Assembly (NCBI GenBank): GCA_026397315.1
Contig: JAPLVC010000001.1
Span: 96,001 to 160,000, forward strand
Source of the DNA: Candidatus Aenigmatarchaeota archaeon
GTDB lineage: Archaea; Aenigmatarchaeota; Aenigmatarchaeia; QMZP01; QMZT01
Reading direction: 5' to 3'
DNA: 64,000 nt
Shown here: in pieces, positions 9,094 through 19,867 of the stretch
Layout of the letters: the number at the start of each line of letters is the position of its first letter
Position numbering within the stretch: position 1 is the first letter of the stretch
The notes under the pieces: model-generated
Seen by the model: the letters and a program-made list of their open reading frames with translations, nothing else
Database searches by the model: none
What the model was told of the DNA's origin: nothing
Position numbers and translations under genes: made by a program

Positions 9094-10943
9094 AACTGAT
9101 GTTTTTTCCCAATGAGATGAAAAGGATAACGGTAGTTTCCCATAAAATACACCTCCAGGAAGCCGTAAAAGCGCTTTACGACGCCGGCGTCCTGCATCTC
9201 AAGGAATACGTGCCCAGCGAGGGCGATCACTACCCCATAGGAACGCCTATGGAGAACGCGGAGAAAATATCCGAGCTGCTGCTGATGCTCAATTCCATAA
9301 AGACCCAGGTCGACCTGAAAGCCGTGACGAAAACGAAAGCGGAGTTTGACCTGGAAAGGCATGAGAATTTACTCAGAAACTTCCAGGCCGATGTCAACAG
9401 GATCAACGAGGGCATAAAGCAGGCAGAAGATGCGCTGAAAGCCGGCGAGAGGCGCAGGGAAATACTCGAATTCCATTTGAAAGCGGGCGTGCAGAAATTC
9501 GATGCGCTGAAAGGCTACGACTCCCTGGACGTCCTGAACGGCTACGTGCCCGACATCGACGTGCTGAAAGTGAGGATGGCCAACGTGGAGCACGAACTCA
9601 TGGCAGGTGTGGAGAAGATGGCCGGCGGCTTCCCCGTAATAATTTTCGTCAAGAAAAGCGACATGGAAACGGCAAGACATGCGCTAGCGTCGGCGGAGTT
9701 CACCAGAGTCGACGTGGACATGGACTGGAGAACTGCAACGCCTCAGGAGGAGAGCGCCATTTTCACCAAGGAAAGGAATGCCCTGGTGAAGAAGGCTGAC
9801 GACCTCAGGAAAGAGCTGGCCGACTTGACGAAGGCGAAGGGCGGGGAGATTCTGGGAACGGAAGACGCCCTCACGACTGAGATACGCAAGTCGGAAGCGC
9901 CTCTCAAGTTCGCGGTAAGCAATCACAGCTTCATGATCCAGGGATGGGTTCCGAAAGGCAAGGAGTCCAGTCTGGAACAGAAGCTCGCGTCCATAACGGA
10001 CAACATGTATTTCTCCGCGGAGGACGTGGGCGAGGACGAGCCGGCTCCGATACAGCTCAAGAACAAGGGCCCGGTCAAGCCGTTCGAGTTCTTCCTGCGT
10101 TTGTATTCGCTTCCCAGCTACAAGGAAATGGACCCGACCTTTCTCATTTTCCTCACTTACCCCATCATCTTCGGCATAATGATGGGAGACATAGGCTACG
10201 GCCTGGTGCTGTTCCTGGGATTCGCGTTCATCAAATACAAGATGAAGAAGATGCGCTCTGTCGCTTCGGTGCTCATGATTTCATCGCTGTTCAGCATACT
10301 GTTCGGCTTCGTATTTGGAGAATTTTTCGGCTTCGAGGCGATAGGCGGGATAACGCTCCACCCGATGATAGCAAGGGCAGAAGGCCTGAACGCCATGCTG
10401 CCCGTATCCCTCATGATAGGCCTGGTGCACCTGAACTTGGGCATCACGACCGGCCTGATAAACGAGCTGCGCGAGCACAAGCTCAGGCATGCCATGGGCA
10501 AGGCCAGCTGGTTCATACTGGAGGCGGGCGGCATACTCTACCTGATGTCGACATTCTTGAAGATGGAGACCGGAGTCGACCCGAACCTTAGCCTCGGCAT
10601 ATTCCTTGTAGGAGTTGTTTTGTTAACCATAGGCGAGAGCTACCGCGGGCTGATAGAGATTCCAGCGCTCGCCAGCAACGTGCTTTCATACGCTCGTATA
10701 GCGGCGCTAGGGCTTGCCGGCGTGCAGCTGGCGCTGGTCATAAACGGCATGGCGGATGGCATGTTTCATGCGGGGGGAATGTTCATGGTGATGGGGGTCG
10801 CGCTGCTCTTCGCAGGCCATGCGGTGAACATGCTGCTGGCGCTCATGGGCTCGTTCCTGCAGTCGCTCAGGCTCCACTACGTGGAGATGTTTTCAAAGTT
10901 TTATCATGGTGACGGTGAACCTTACAAGCCGTTCGGAAGTTAA
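9090..10943 (+). CDS. atpI: A/V-type ATP synthase subunit I (a)
   Basis: EMDPT, FGIMMGDIGYG, SNVLSYARI, LRLHYVEMFSKFY; start may be ATG 9099. Confidence 0.96.
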   Translation: MKLMFFPNEMKRITVVSHKIHLQEAVKALYDAGVLHLKEYVPSEGDHYPIGTPMENAEKISELLLMLNSIKTQVDLKAVTKTKAEFDLERHENLLRNFQADVNRINEGIKQAEDALKAGERRREILEFHLKAGVQKFDALKGYDSLDVLNGYVPDIDVLKVRMANVEHELMAGVEKMAGGFPVIIFVKKSDMETARHALASAEFTRVDVDMDWRTATPQEESAIFTKERNALVKKADDLRKELADLTKAKGGEILGTEDALTTEIRKSEAPLKFAVSNHSFMIQGWVPKGKESSLEQKLASITDNMYFSAEDVGEDEPAPIQLKNKGPVKPFEFFLRLYSLPSYKEMDPTFLIFLTYPIIFGIMMGDIGYGLVLFLGFAFIKYKMKKMRSVASVLMISSLFSILFGFVFGEFFGFEAIGGITLHPMIARAEGLNAMLPVSLMIGLVHLNLGITTGLINELREHKLRHAMGKASWFILEAGGILYLMSTFLKMETGVDPNLSLGIFLVGVVLLTIGESYRGLIEIPALASNVLSYARIAALGLAGVQLALVINGMADGMFHAGGMFMVMGVALLFAGHAVNMLLALMGSFLQSLRLHYVEMFSKFYHGDGEPYKPFGS

Positions 10944-10958
10944 AATGGAGGTGTGAAT

Positions 10959-11180
10959 ATGTCTGATATAGCAGTAATCGCAGCAGCAGCGACGATATGC
11001 ATAAGTGCGATAGCGACGGCGTGGGCTGAAAAAGAGCTGGGAACGTCGGCGATAGGCGCCATGGCGGAGAAGGAAAGCCTTTTCGCCAAGGGTCTTATCA
11101 TTACGGTCATCCCGGAAACCATAATCATTTTCGGCCTGGTCGTGGCGTTGCAGATAATCGGCATGGCCGGAGGCGCGTAA
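10959..11180 (+). CDS. atpK: A-type ATP synthase subunit K (c), single hairpin
   Basis: Two TM helices, AEKELG...IPETIIIFG with the ion-binding Glu; SD GGAGGTG. Confidence 0.95.
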   Translation: MSDIAVIAAAATICISAIATAWAEKELGTSAIGAMAEKESLFAKGLIITVIPETIIIFGLVVALQIIGMAGGA

Positions 11181-11192
11181 AGGCGAATTGAT

Positions 11193-11756
11193 ATGAGTCT
11201 GAACAAAGTATCATCTGAAATACGGATGAAAGCGGATAAGGAAGCCCAGGGCATACTCGGCGAAGGCAGGAGAGAAGGGGACAAGACAATCGAGGCAACT
11301 AAAAAACGCCTGAAGGAATACGAGAATGCTATGAAAATCGAGATTGAGAACGCTTTAGGGCAGATAAACATGCGAAGCCAGGCCGTCATGAAAAAGCAGC
11401 TCAAAGAATTCGCCATGAACACCAAGAAGGAAATGGTGGAAATGGTTTACAATGAGTTTCTCGACTACCTGAAGAACATGAAGGGGGATGAGAGAACAAG
11501 AATTTACAGGAAGATGGCGGAAAGCACGAAAAGCCAGATAAGCAAACCGGGAGTCGTTTACGTAAGGAAAGACGATATCGCGCTCGTGAAGAAGCTGTTC
11601 AGAGGACTCGAAATCAGGACGCAGGAAATGGAAGGCGGCTTAATGCTGGAAAGCAGCGACGGCAAGGAATTGGTTGACTTCAGGTTCGAGACGCTCGTGG
11701 AATTGCTGAAGGGGCGCACGCTCAAAAGCGTATCAAGGATTATGTTCGGTGAATAA
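11193..11756 (+). CDS. atpE: A/V-type ATP synthase subunit E
   Basis: Operon position; N-terminal coiled coil; GGLMLESSDG..VDFRFE. Confidence 0.9.
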   Translation: MSLNKVSSEIRMKADKEAQGILGEGRREGDKTIEATKKRLKEYENAMKIEIENALGQINMRSQAVMKKQLKEFAMNTKKEMVEMVYNEFLDYLKNMKGDERTRIYRKMAESTKSQISKPGVVYVRKDDIALVKKLFRGLEIRTQEMEGGLMLESSDGKELVDFRFETLVELLKGRTLKSVSRIMFGE

Positions 11757-12962
11757 ATGAGAATACCTTTCAGGAGAAACCCGGAGGGAGCAAAAAAGAG
11801 AATAAAGAGGCTGAGGTTCAAGTCTTACCCTTACACGGTAACGAGGGTAAGGGTGATGAAGTCGAAGCTTCTCGGTGAGGAAGATTACCTCAGGATGAGG
11901 AAGATGGGCCTCAACGAAACGATACGCTTCCTCGAGGAAAGCGAATACAAGCACGAAATAGATTTGCACTCGAAGGAATACCGCGGCGCGGAGCTTATAG
12001 AGCTCGCGCTCAACGAGAATCTCGCCAACGTGATAAACAAGCTGCTTTCAATTTCGCTCCATGAAGAACTGAAAATGCTGATACAGTTCTACTCTCTGAA
12101 ATGGATACTGAACAACATAAAGCTCGTGCTCAGGACGCGCATGAACAAGCTGTCGGAGAGCGACCTGAAATACGGCGTGATCCCGATACAGCCGACGGAT
12201 TATGAGACGTGCATAAAGCTCTACCGCGGCGGAGGAGACGAGTTCATTGAAACGCTGAGCGGCATAACGAGCATAGAGCCGCACAGGCTCAGGGAACTTT
12301 ATGCAGCGAATGACCTGGTCGGGCTGGAGAATGAGATTGACCTGACGTTCTACAACCGCATGATAGAATTGTACAAGAGGATAAAGATGAGGCGATCCGA
12401 CCCTCTGAAGCAGTTCTTCGACAACATCGTCCAGCTCAACAACCTGCGCAACATAGCGAGGTTCAAGAATGAGGGCATAAACGAGGAGACCATACGCAGC
12501 ATGCTGGTCATGGAGCACAAGAGCAAGATCACGGTAAAGACCTCGGTAATATTGATGAAGATGATGAGGTTCAGGGTCAGGCTGATCAAATTCAGGTTCA
12601 AGAAAAGCAAAAGGGAAGACAAGCTCATAGAGGCCATGATAAAGGCCGAGGACATGAAAGCGCTCTTCGATGCGCTGAAAAAAAGCAGGTACAAAGAGCT
12701 CGTCACGCCGGACGTCGAAAAGAACCCGTCGAGGCTCGAAGGGACGATAGACAAGTTCCTGCTGAACTACGCGACGAAGCTTCTGCACAGGAAACCGCTT
12801 TCGGTTTCGCCGATATTCGGTTACCTGCTATGGAAGGAGATAGAGACGAAAAACATCAAGCTGCTCGTCCACGCTAAGGCGATGAATCTCGATGAAAACG
12901 TCGTGGACACCAATCTCATAGTGGTTAATGATTCATGGATGAAGGTGATGAAGCACGCATGA
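11757..12962 (+). CDS. atpC: A/V-type ATP synthase subunit C
   Basis: YPYTVTRVRVMKSKLL, PIFGYLLWKEIETKNIK; carries basic insertions. Confidence 0.92.
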   Translation: MRIPFRRNPEGAKKRIKRLRFKSYPYTVTRVRVMKSKLLGEEDYLRMRKMGLNETIRFLEESEYKHEIDLHSKEYRGAELIELALNENLANVINKLLSISLHEELKMLIQFYSLKWILNNIKLVLRTRMNKLSESDLKYGVIPIQPTDYETCIKLYRGGGDEFIETLSGITSIEPHRLRELYAANDLVGLENEIDLTFYNRMIELYKRIKMRRSDPLKQFFDNIVQLNNLRNIARFKNEGINEETIRSMLVMEHKSKITVKTSVILMKMMRFRVRLIKFRFKKSKREDKLIEAMIKAEDMKALFDALKKSRYKELVTPDVEKNPSRLEGTIDKFLLNYATKLLHRKPLSVSPIFGYLLWKEIETKNIKLLVHAKAMNLDENVVDTNLIVVNDSWMKVMKHA

Positions 12963-12972
12963 AATAGCCGTA

Positions 12973-13269
12973 ATGGGAAGCGAATACTTCACCCTGGGTT
13001 TCCAGGCAGCCGGCGTACGCAACGCGTTCGTCGTGACCAGGGAGACGATAAACAGGAAGTTCGAGGCAGTCATGGAGAGCAAGGACATCGGCATCCTGAT
13101 AATGAACAACGACGATTTCCAGATGCTGCACGAGCGCTCGAAAGAACGCGCATTGGTCCAGGTCAAGCCGACCGTCGTCATACTCTCTCACGACATCTCC
13201 GCGGAGGAGAATCTCCGCATCATGATCAGAAGATCTCTAGGCGTAGATCTTTGGAATAAGAAAGATTGA
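12973..13269 (+). CDS. atpF: A/V-type ATP synthase subunit F
   Basis: FTLGFQAAGV, DIGILI, LRIMIRRSLGVDLW; conserved N-terminal residues (EIAV) are in frame upstream of the ATG (see findings). Confidence 0.92.
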   Translation: MGSEYFTLGFQAAGVRNAFVVTRETINRKFEAVMESKDIGILIMNNDDFQMLHERSKERALVQVKPTVVILSHDISAEENLRIMIRRSLGVDLWNKKD

Positions 13270-13286
13270 AAGGTTAGGTGATATTG

Positions 13287-15050
13287 ATGAAAGGAAAAAC
13301 AGACGCTAGTGCGAAAGGCAGGATTTTCAGGGTATCCGGACCCGTTGTTATAGCTGAGGGCATAGACGCCAGGATGCACGACCTCATGCGCGTCGGCAAA
13401 GAGCAGCTCATGGGCGAGGTCATCCAGATAAATCCGGACAAGATTACCATTCAGGTTTACGAGGACACGTCCGGCATAAAGCCGGATGAGCCCGTCGAGA
13501 ACACGGGCCAGCCGCTTATAGCGGAACTTGGCCCAGGCCTGCTCACGAGCATTTACGACGGCATACAGCGACCGCTTCCCGTGCTTCAGAGCATGATGGG
13601 CGACTACATATTGAGAGGCGCGAAGACGCCGGGCCTTGACAGGAAGAAGAAATGGCATTTCAAGCCGGTCGTCAAGAAAGGCGAGGACGTCAAGGAAGGC
13701 CAGATAATCGGCACCGTCAAGGAAACGAACGTCATCGAACACAAGGTCATGGTGCCTCCTGGCGTCTCTGGCAAGATAAAGGCCATAGAGGAAGGCGACT
13801 TCACCGTCGAAGAAACGGTAGCATCGCTAGCGAACGGCAGGAAGCTGACGATGATGCAGATATGGCCCATTCGCAAGTCGCGCCCGTGCAAGGAAAAGCT
13901 CACTCCAGAAATTCCGCTCATAACAGGTCAGCGCATTCTCGATGCACTGTTCCCGCTCGCGAAAGGCGGTGCAGGCGGCATACCGGGTCCGTTCGGTTCC
14001 GGAAAGACGGTCACGCAGCAGCAGCTTGCGAAATGGTCGGACGCTGATATTGTCGTATACATCGGGTGCGGAGAGCGAGGCAACGAAATGACCGAAGTCC
14101 TCAAGGACTTCCCGAAACTCATAGACCCGAAAACGAACAGGCCGCTCATGGAGAGAACCGTTCTTATCGCGAACACGTCGAACATGCCCGTCGCCGCTAG
14201 GGAAGCTTCCATTTACACTGGCATAACCATCGCTGAATACTACAGGGACATGGGCTACGACGTCGCGCTTATGGCTGATTCGACGAGCCGATGGGCCGAA
14301 GCGATGAGAGAGATCTCGTCACGTCTGGAAGAGATGCCGGGAGAGGAAGGATACCCGGCGTACCTGTCCGCGAGGCTCGCGGAATTCTACGAGCGCGCGG
14401 GAAGGGTGAAGCCGCTTGGCGTGGCCAAGATAGGCTCGGTCAGCATCATCGGCGCGGTATCGCCGCCCGGAGGCGACCTTTCCGAACCCGTGACGCAGTC
14501 GACGCTGCGCGTCGTGAAGACGTTCTGGGCACTGGATGCGAAGCTCGCGCACAGGCGACATTTCCCGTCGATTAACTGGCTCAATTCGTATTCGCTTTAC
14601 GAGACCATACTTGAGCCGTGGTACACGAAGAACGTGGCCGCCGACTGGAAAAGCACAGTCAACGAGTGCAAGAAAATCCTCCAGGAAGAGGACAAGCTGC
14701 AGGAAATCGTGCAGCTGGTCGGTTCCGACGCTTTGCCGGAGAACGAGCAGCTAACGCTCGAAATCGCCAGGATGATACGCGAGTTCTTCCTGCAGCAGAG
14801 CGCTTATCACGAGGTCGACACGTTCTGCGACCTGAGGAAGAGCTACAAGATGATGAAATCCATCCTGCACTACGCCGACAAGGCGAGATACGCGCTGAAG
14901 GCTGGCGTGCACGTCAGGAATCTTCTCGAGATAAAGGCCAGGAACAGGATCGCTGACGCTAAATTCGAGAAGAATCACGAGAAAATACTTTCAGATGCCG
15001 AGCAGGCGATAGACAAGGAAATAGAGTCGCTGCTCATGGAGATCAAGTAG
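13287..15050 (+). CDS. atpA: A/V-type ATP synthase subunit A
   Basis: GPFGSGKT P-loop, [29 protein letters not shown]; no intein. Confidence 0.98.
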   Translation: MKGKTDASAKGRIFRVSGPVVIAEGIDARMHDLMRVGKEQLMGEVIQINPDKITIQVYEDTSGIKPDEPVENTGQPLIAELGPGLLTSIYDGIQRPLPVLQSMMGDYILRGAKTPGLDRKKKWHFKPVVKKGEDVKEGQIIGTVKETNVIEHKVMVPPGVSGKIKAIEEGDFTVEETVASLANGRKLTMMQIWPIRKSRPCKEKLTPEIPLITGQRILDALFPLAKGGAGGIPGPFGSGKTVTQQQLAKWSDADIVVYIGCGERGNEMTEVLKDFPKLIDPKTNRPLMERTVLIANTSNMPVAAREASIYTGITIAEYYRDMGYDVALMADSTSRWAEAMREISSRLEEMPGEEGYPAYLSARLAEFYERAGRVKPLGVAKIGSVSIIGAVSPPGGDLSEPVTQSTLRVVKTFWALDAKLAHRRHFPSINWLNSYSLYETILEPWYTKNVAADWKSTVNECKKILQEEDKLQEIVQLVGSDALPENEQLTLEIARMIREFFLQQSAYHEVDTFCDLRKSYKMMKSILHYADKARYALKAGVHVRNLLEIKARNRIADAKFEKNHEKILSDAEQAIDKEIESLLMEIK

Positions 15051-15060
15051 TCGGGAGGTC

Positions 15061-16584
15061 ATGAACATGGAAATGAAAGAATACAAGACGATAACAAGGA
15101 TTGCGGGTCCTTTGCTTTTTGTGGAGAAGACGCATCCCGTAGGCTACGGAGAGATAGTCAAGGTCACGCTTTCAAACGGAGAGAAGCGGCTGGGCCAGGT
15201 GCTCGACACCTCGAAGGATATCGTGATAATCCAGAGCTTCGAGGGCACGAGCGGCATGGACAAGAAATCGAGCGTCCGCTTCCTCGGAGACGTCATGCGT
15301 TTGAAGGTCTCAGAGGACATGCTGGGCCGCATCCTAAATGGCCGTGGAGAGCCGATAGATAACGGGCCGGAAATAATCCCGGACGAGGAGCTGGACATCA
15401 ACGGAGCCGCGATAAACCCTTACGCGCGCGGTCCGCCTGAGGAGTTCATCCAGACCGGCATCTCGACGATAGACGGCATGAACACGCTGGTCAGGGGGCA
15501 GAAGCTGCCGATATTCTCTGGCAGCGGATTGCCGCACAACGACATCGCGCTGCAGATAGCCAGGCAGGCGAAAGTGCTCGGCGAGAAGGAAACGTTCGCC
15601 GTAATCTTCGCGGCGATGGGCATCACGAACGAGGAAGCGCAGAAATTCATCCGCGACTTCGAGGAGACCGGCGCTATCGAACACGCGGTCGTGTTCCTCA
15701 ACCTAGCTGACGACCCGGCTGTCGAGAGATTAATCACACCGAGGCTCGCGCTAACGACGGCGGAGTTTTTCGCTTACCAGAAGGGCATGCACGTGCTGGT
15801 CATACTCACTGACATGACCAACTACTGCGAGTCGCTGCGTGAGATCAGCTCGGCGAGAGAGGAGATTCCGGGCCGCCGCGGCTACCCGGGATACATGTAT
15901 ACCGACCTCGCGAACATATACGAGCGTGCCGGCATGATAAAAGGCAAGAAGGGCAGCGTCACGCAGATTCCGATCCTTACGATGATAGGCGACGACATCA
16001 CGCATCCGATAGCCGACCTTACGGGCTACATCACCGAAGGGCAGGTGGTGCTGAGCAGGGAGCTGCACATGAAAGGCATATACCCGCCCGTCGATGTTTT
16101 GCCGTCGCTTTCGCGTTTAATGAACCAGGGCATCGGCAAGGGCAAGACCCGAGAAGACCACCGACAAGTGTCCGACCAGCTTTACGCAGGCTACGCAGAA
16201 GGCAGGGACCTCCGCGGTCTTGTGGCGATAGTCGGTGAAGAGGCGTTGTCCGCCAGAGACAGGCGGTTACTAAAGTTCGCAGAGGCTTTCGAGAACACGT
16301 TCGTCCGCCAGGGCATAAAGGAGAATCGAGGCATTGAGAAGACTCTCGACGTCTCATGGAACCTGCTTTCCGTCATACCGAGGGACGAGCTCACGAGGCT
16401 GAGCGAGGACTTCAAGCGTCGCTTCTACAAGGGCGAAGGCGCGGAGCATGCCTACGTGAAAGAAGAAGTTGAAGAGAAGGTGGAGAAACGCGAAACAGAG
16501 AAAGCGGCGCCCAAAAAGGAAATCAAAGAAGCGAAGAAGAAGGCCGCTCCCGTCCACAAGAAACACAAGGCCAAAAAGAAGTGA
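15061..16584 (+). CDS. atpB: A/V-type ATP synthase subunit B with Lys-rich tail
   Basis: [35 protein letters not shown]. Confidence 0.98.
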   Translation: MNMEMKEYKTITRIAGPLLFVEKTHPVGYGEIVKVTLSNGEKRLGQVLDTSKDIVIIQSFEGTSGMDKKSSVRFLGDVMRLKVSEDMLGRILNGRGEPIDNGPEIIPDEELDINGAAINPYARGPPEEFIQTGISTIDGMNTLVRGQKLPIFSGSGLPHNDIALQIARQAKVLGEKETFAVIFAAMGITNEEAQKFIRDFEETGAIEHAVVFLNLADDPAVERLITPRLALTTAEFFAYQKGMHVLVILTDMTNYCESLREISSAREEIPGRRGYPGYMYTDLANIYERAGMIKGKKGSVTQIPILTMIGDDITHPIADLTGYITEGQVVLSRELHMKGIYPPVDVLPSLSRLMNQGIGKGKTREDHRQVSDQLYAGYAEGRDLRGLVAIVGEEALSARDRRLLKFAEAFENTFVRQGIKENRGIEKTLDVSWNLLSVIPRDELTRLSEDFKRRFYKGEGAEHAYVKEEVEEKVEKRETEKAAPKKEIKEAKKKAAPVHKKHKAKKK

Positions 16585-16619
16585 ACGAGGTAAAAACAAG
16601 ATTCGATTCAAGGTGAACT

Positions 16620-17234
16620 ATGACAGACGTAAAGGCGACGAGGTCGGAGCTGCTGAACCTCAAGAGAAAGATTAAGCTGGCTAATGCAGGCCACAAGCTG
16701 CTGAAAAAGAAACGCGATGGATTGATACTGGAATTCTTCGACATACTGAAGAACGCCAGGAACCTGCGCAAGGAACTCAACGAGCGCTATATACTGGCAC
16801 ACAACAAGATGAGGGAATGCACCGCGCTCGATGGTATGGTCAGCATAAAGTCAGTCGCCTTCGCGCTGCGTGAACATCCTGCTATCGAACTTGAAGTGAA
16901 GAACATCATGGGCGTCACCGTGCCGGTGATAAAGGCCGGCAGCATGAGGAAGAACCTCGTCGAGCGCGGATACGGCATGATGTCGACCAGCATGCGCATC
17001 GACGAGATGGTCAAAGGCTACGAATCGCTGCTTGAACAGATAATAACCGCGGCCGAAATCGAAACGACGATGAGGAAGCTGCTCAAGGAGATAGAATCGA
17101 CGAAACGCAGGGTAAACGCCCTCGAATTCGTGGTCATACCGCGCATCAAGAAGGAGGCCGCTTTTATTAACTTCAGACTCGAAGAGATGGAAAGGGAAAA
17201 CATATTCAGGATGAAGAGGATAAAGGGAAAATAA
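16620..17234 (+). CDS. atpD: A/V-type ATP synthase subunit D
   Basis: TRSELL, GHKLLKKKRD, TKRRVNALE. Confidence 0.97.
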   Translation: MTDVKATRSELLNLKRKIKLANAGHKLLKKKRDGLILEFFDILKNARNLRKELNERYILAHNKMRECTALDGMVSIKSVAFALREHPAIELEVKNIMGVTVPVIKAGSMRKNLVERGYGMMSTSMRIDEMVKGYESLLEQIITAAEIETTMRKLLKEIESTKRRVNALEFVVIPRIKKEAAFINFRLEEMERENIFRMKRIKGK

Positions 17235-17244
17235 AGGAGATATT

Positions 17245-17691
17245 ATGAACAACATGACCAAGAAAAGGATCATGGCCATATTCATCGGCGTGGTAATGCT
17301 GGCTTCCATCGCTGAAGTCGCGCTCCTGCGTAACAACCAGACCCAGAACACGGAACCGGCGCAGCTGCCGAACGTCATAAACCGCAAGCTCACCATCACA
17401 GAGATGAGAAGCGTGCTTTTGAGCAGCAGGGCGCTGATAGAGTATTTCTACAACGAATCCTGCAGCGATTGCGCGGCTAAAGAAGCGCTTTATCAGGAAT
17501 TCGCCAACTCCGACAACTTCAACGGCTATGTAGTCGTATCGTATGGTGTCTACAACGAAACGTCAGACTGGCTGCTTGACCTGACGGGCACGCAGACGGA
17601 CCTCACGAACATAACGACCCAGGCCGGCCTGAAGAAGATGTTCTGCGACACTGATATATCCACACTGAAGCCGAACGTCTGCCTGCTCTAG
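17245..17691 (+). CDS. membrane-anchored hypothetical protein with CxxC
   Basis: N-terminal TM helix; YFYNESCSDC thioredoxin-like CxxC. Confidence 0.65.
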   Translation: MNNMTKKRIMAIFIGVVMLASIAEVALLRNNQTQNTEPAQLPNVINRKLTITEMRSVLLSSRALIEYFYNESCSDCAAKEALYQEFANSDNFNGYVVVSYGVYNETSDWLLDLTGTQTDLTNITTQAGLKKMFCDTDISTLKPNVCLL

Positions 17692-17792
17692 AGCCTGTAA
17701 AGCGGGAAAAGAAGACCCAGAAGCTTAATAAATTAGGAAAATCTTATAAATATAACTCAACAGTTATAAAGTTATATTCCGCAGGTGATGCC

Positions 17793-18389
17793 ATGTACAA
17801 GATTTTTGACGTAAGCGACAAGGTAAGAGTTGCGCCGGACAAGTTCGGCCTTAAGCTCCAGGAAGCAGTCAAGACGAGCCTTGAGGAGAAGCTCGAGGGC
17901 TCGATAGACAAGAACCTGGGCGTGATAATGTCCGTAATGTCCGTGGAGAAGATAGGCGAGGGCATTATAATGCCAGGCGATGGAGCGCTGTACTACCCGG
18001 TCGACTTCAAAGTCCTCACGTACGTCCCGGAGCAGCACGAGATGGTGAAAGGCGAGGTAATAGACGTAACGGAATTCGGCGTTTTCGTGCGCCTTGGCCC
18101 GGTGGACGGCATGATACACGTCTCGCAGCTGATGGATGATTTCGTATCTTACGATTCCAAGAATATGATGTTCACGGGCAAGAAGACCAAGAGACGCGTA
18201 AAAGAGAAGTCGGTCGTCATGGCCCGCATAATATCCGTCTCCATGGCGGAGAACCAGTACAAGATAGGCTTGACGACGCGTCAGCCCGGTCTGGGAGCGC
18301 TCGATTGGTTCACGAAGGAAGACGAGGGCAAAGAGGCCGCGCCAGCCAAGAAGGACGAGAAATCCGCCAAGCCGGAAAAGAAAAAGTAA
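17793..18389 (+). CDS. rpo7: RNA polymerase subunit Rpo7 (E')
   Basis: PGDGA, S1 domain FGVFVRLGPVDGMIHVSQ, KIGLTTRQPGLG. Confidence 0.96.
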   Translation: MYKIFDVSDKVRVAPDKFGLKLQEAVKTSLEEKLEGSIDKNLGVIMSVMSVEKIGEGIIMPGDGALYYPVDFKVLTYVPEQHEMVKGEVIDVTEFGVFVRLGPVDGMIHVSQLMDDFVSYDSKNMMFTGKKTKRRVKEKSVVMARIISVSMAENQYKIGLTTRQPGLGALDWFTKEDEGKEAAPAKKDEKSAKPEKKK

Positions 18390-18401
18390 GTGGTGAATTT
18401 T

Positions 18402-18593
18402 ATGGTCGATAAGGAAAAAGTCTGCAAGACATGCAAGAGGTTCGTTTACGACGAGAAATGCCCCGCGTGCGGCACCAAGGACTTCACCAAGACGTGGAAG
18501 GGAATCGTCGTCATAAACGACCCGAACGAGTCTGAGATAGCGAAGCTGCTCGGCATAAACGTGCCGGGCAAATATGCATTGTGGGTGAAATGA
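18402..18593 (+). CDS. spt4: transcription elongation factor Spt4 (RpoE'')
   Basis: CxxC..CPAC zinc ribbon, WKG, SEIAKLLGI..PGKYAL; SD GGTGA. Confidence 0.95.
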   Translation: MVDKEKVCKTCKRFVYDEKCPACGTKDFTKTWKGIVVINDPNESEIAKLLGINVPGKYALWVK

Positions 18594-18916
18594 TGACATT
18601 GAAGATTATAGAGCACAAGAAGAACGCCCTCATGGGGCGTGACGAGGTTAAGGCGTTATACGAGCATCCTGGCAAGCCTACACCGACGCGCGAGGAAATC
18701 CTGCCGTCGCTGGAAAGCGTGCTGAAGATGAGCGGTGAGCACATAATTATCGAAAGGATATTCACTACGAAAGGCAAGGGAGAATCGCTCGTCAAGGCGC
18801 TCGTTTACGAGGAAAAGTCGAAGATGCCGAAGCACAAGCTGGACGTCATCGAGAAGCGCAAGGCAAAGAGAGGCGCGAAGACCGCAGGTGCAGAGGCTAC
18901 AGCGGCCAAGAAGTAA
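18590..18916 (+). CDS. rps24e: 30S ribosomal protein eS24
   Basis: [19 protein letters not shown]; position after spt4. Confidence 0.88.
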   Translation: MMTLKIIEHKKNALMGRDEVKALYEHPGKPTPTREEILPSLESVLKMSGEHIIIERIFTTKGKGESLVKALVYEEKSKMPKHKLDVIEKRKAKRGAKTAGAEATAAKK

Positions 18917-18941
18917 GCGTTTCGCTAGGAGGAGTGATTGT

Positions 18942-19106
18942 ATGGTTTCGAAATTCTTTCATGTAAAGTGCGAGAAGTGCAAGAACGAGCAGGTTGTTTT
19001 TGAGAAATCCGCGACCATGGTGAAATGCCTGGTATGCGGCGAGGTTCTTGTCAAGCCCACCGGCGGCAAAGCCGTGATAGCGAACGAAGGCGCTTCCGAG
19101 GTCTGA
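18942..19106 (+). CDS. rps27e: 30S ribosomal protein eS27
   Basis: [31 protein letters not shown]. Confidence 0.95.
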   Translation: MVSKFFHVKCEKCKNEQVVFEKSATMVKCLVCGEVLVKPTGGKAVIANEGASEV

Positions 19107-19107
19107 A

Positions 19108-19860
19108 ATGAAGGACAGACTGCCGAGATACGGGGAACTTGTCGTATGCAGGATAACTAGGATAAACCCGCACTCGGCCATAGCGCAGATAATCGAATAC
19201 GAAACGACGGGCATGATTCACGTCTCAGAGGTTGCGTCGCGCTGGGTAAGGGACATACGAGAGTTCGTCAGGGAAAACGAATACATAGTATGCCGCGTCA
19301 TCGACGTGAGGCCGGAAGGCATTTCCCTTTCGATGAAGCGAGTCCATCGTGAGGACACGGTGCGCAAGCTCAACGAGTTCAAGCGCGAGAAACGCACTGA
19401 GAAACTTTTAGAGATGTCCGCCAAGAGCATCGGCAAAACGCTCGAGCAGGCCAAGAAGGATATAGGAGACTTCATCATCGAGGAATTCGGCTCCTACACC
19501 AAGCTTTTCGAGATCGCGGCGAAGACGCCGGACCTTCTCGACAGGAAAGGCCTGCCGGACAAGTGGTCCAGCGCCATAAAGGACATAGCCAAGAAGAACT
19601 ATTCGGAGAAGATATTCATAGTCAAAGGCCGGCTCAGCCTCATCACAAACGCACCGAATGGCGTGGAAATCATAAAGAAAATCCTGCTTACTGTGAAAGG
19701 CCAGGGCATAAAGGTCCAATACGTCTCGGCGCCGAAATACATGATCGTGGGCGAGGGGAACAACTACAAGGAAGTCGAGGGCAGGATCCGCACAATCTGT
19801 GAGGACGTCGTGAAAGAGTTCAACAAGTTCGGGGAAGCGTCTTTCGAGCTGGAAAAGTAA
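19108..19860 (+). CDS. eif2a: translation initiation factor aIF2 alpha
   Basis: S1 domain GMIHVSEVASRWVRDI, YVSAPKY. Confidence 0.95.
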   Translation: MKDRLPRYGELVVCRITRINPHSAIAQIIEYETTGMIHVSEVASRWVRDIREFVRENEYIVCRVIDVRPEGISLSMKRVHREDTVRKLNEFKREKRTEKLLEMSAKSIGKTLEQAKKDIGDFIIEEFGSYTKLFEIAAKTPDLLDRKGLPDKWSSAIKDIAKKNYSEKIFIVKGRLSLITNAPNGVEIIKKILLTVKGQGIKVQYVSAPKYMIVGEGNNYKEVEGRIRTICEDVVKEFNKFGEASFELEK

Positions 19861-19867
19861 ATATTTT

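Noticed and set aside
17772-18599. Long antisense and alternate-frame ORFs (also 50588-51478, 62702-63526, 40423-41466, 29455-30264)
   Set aside because: Shadow ORFs of GC3-rich conserved genes, with no recognisable motifs.
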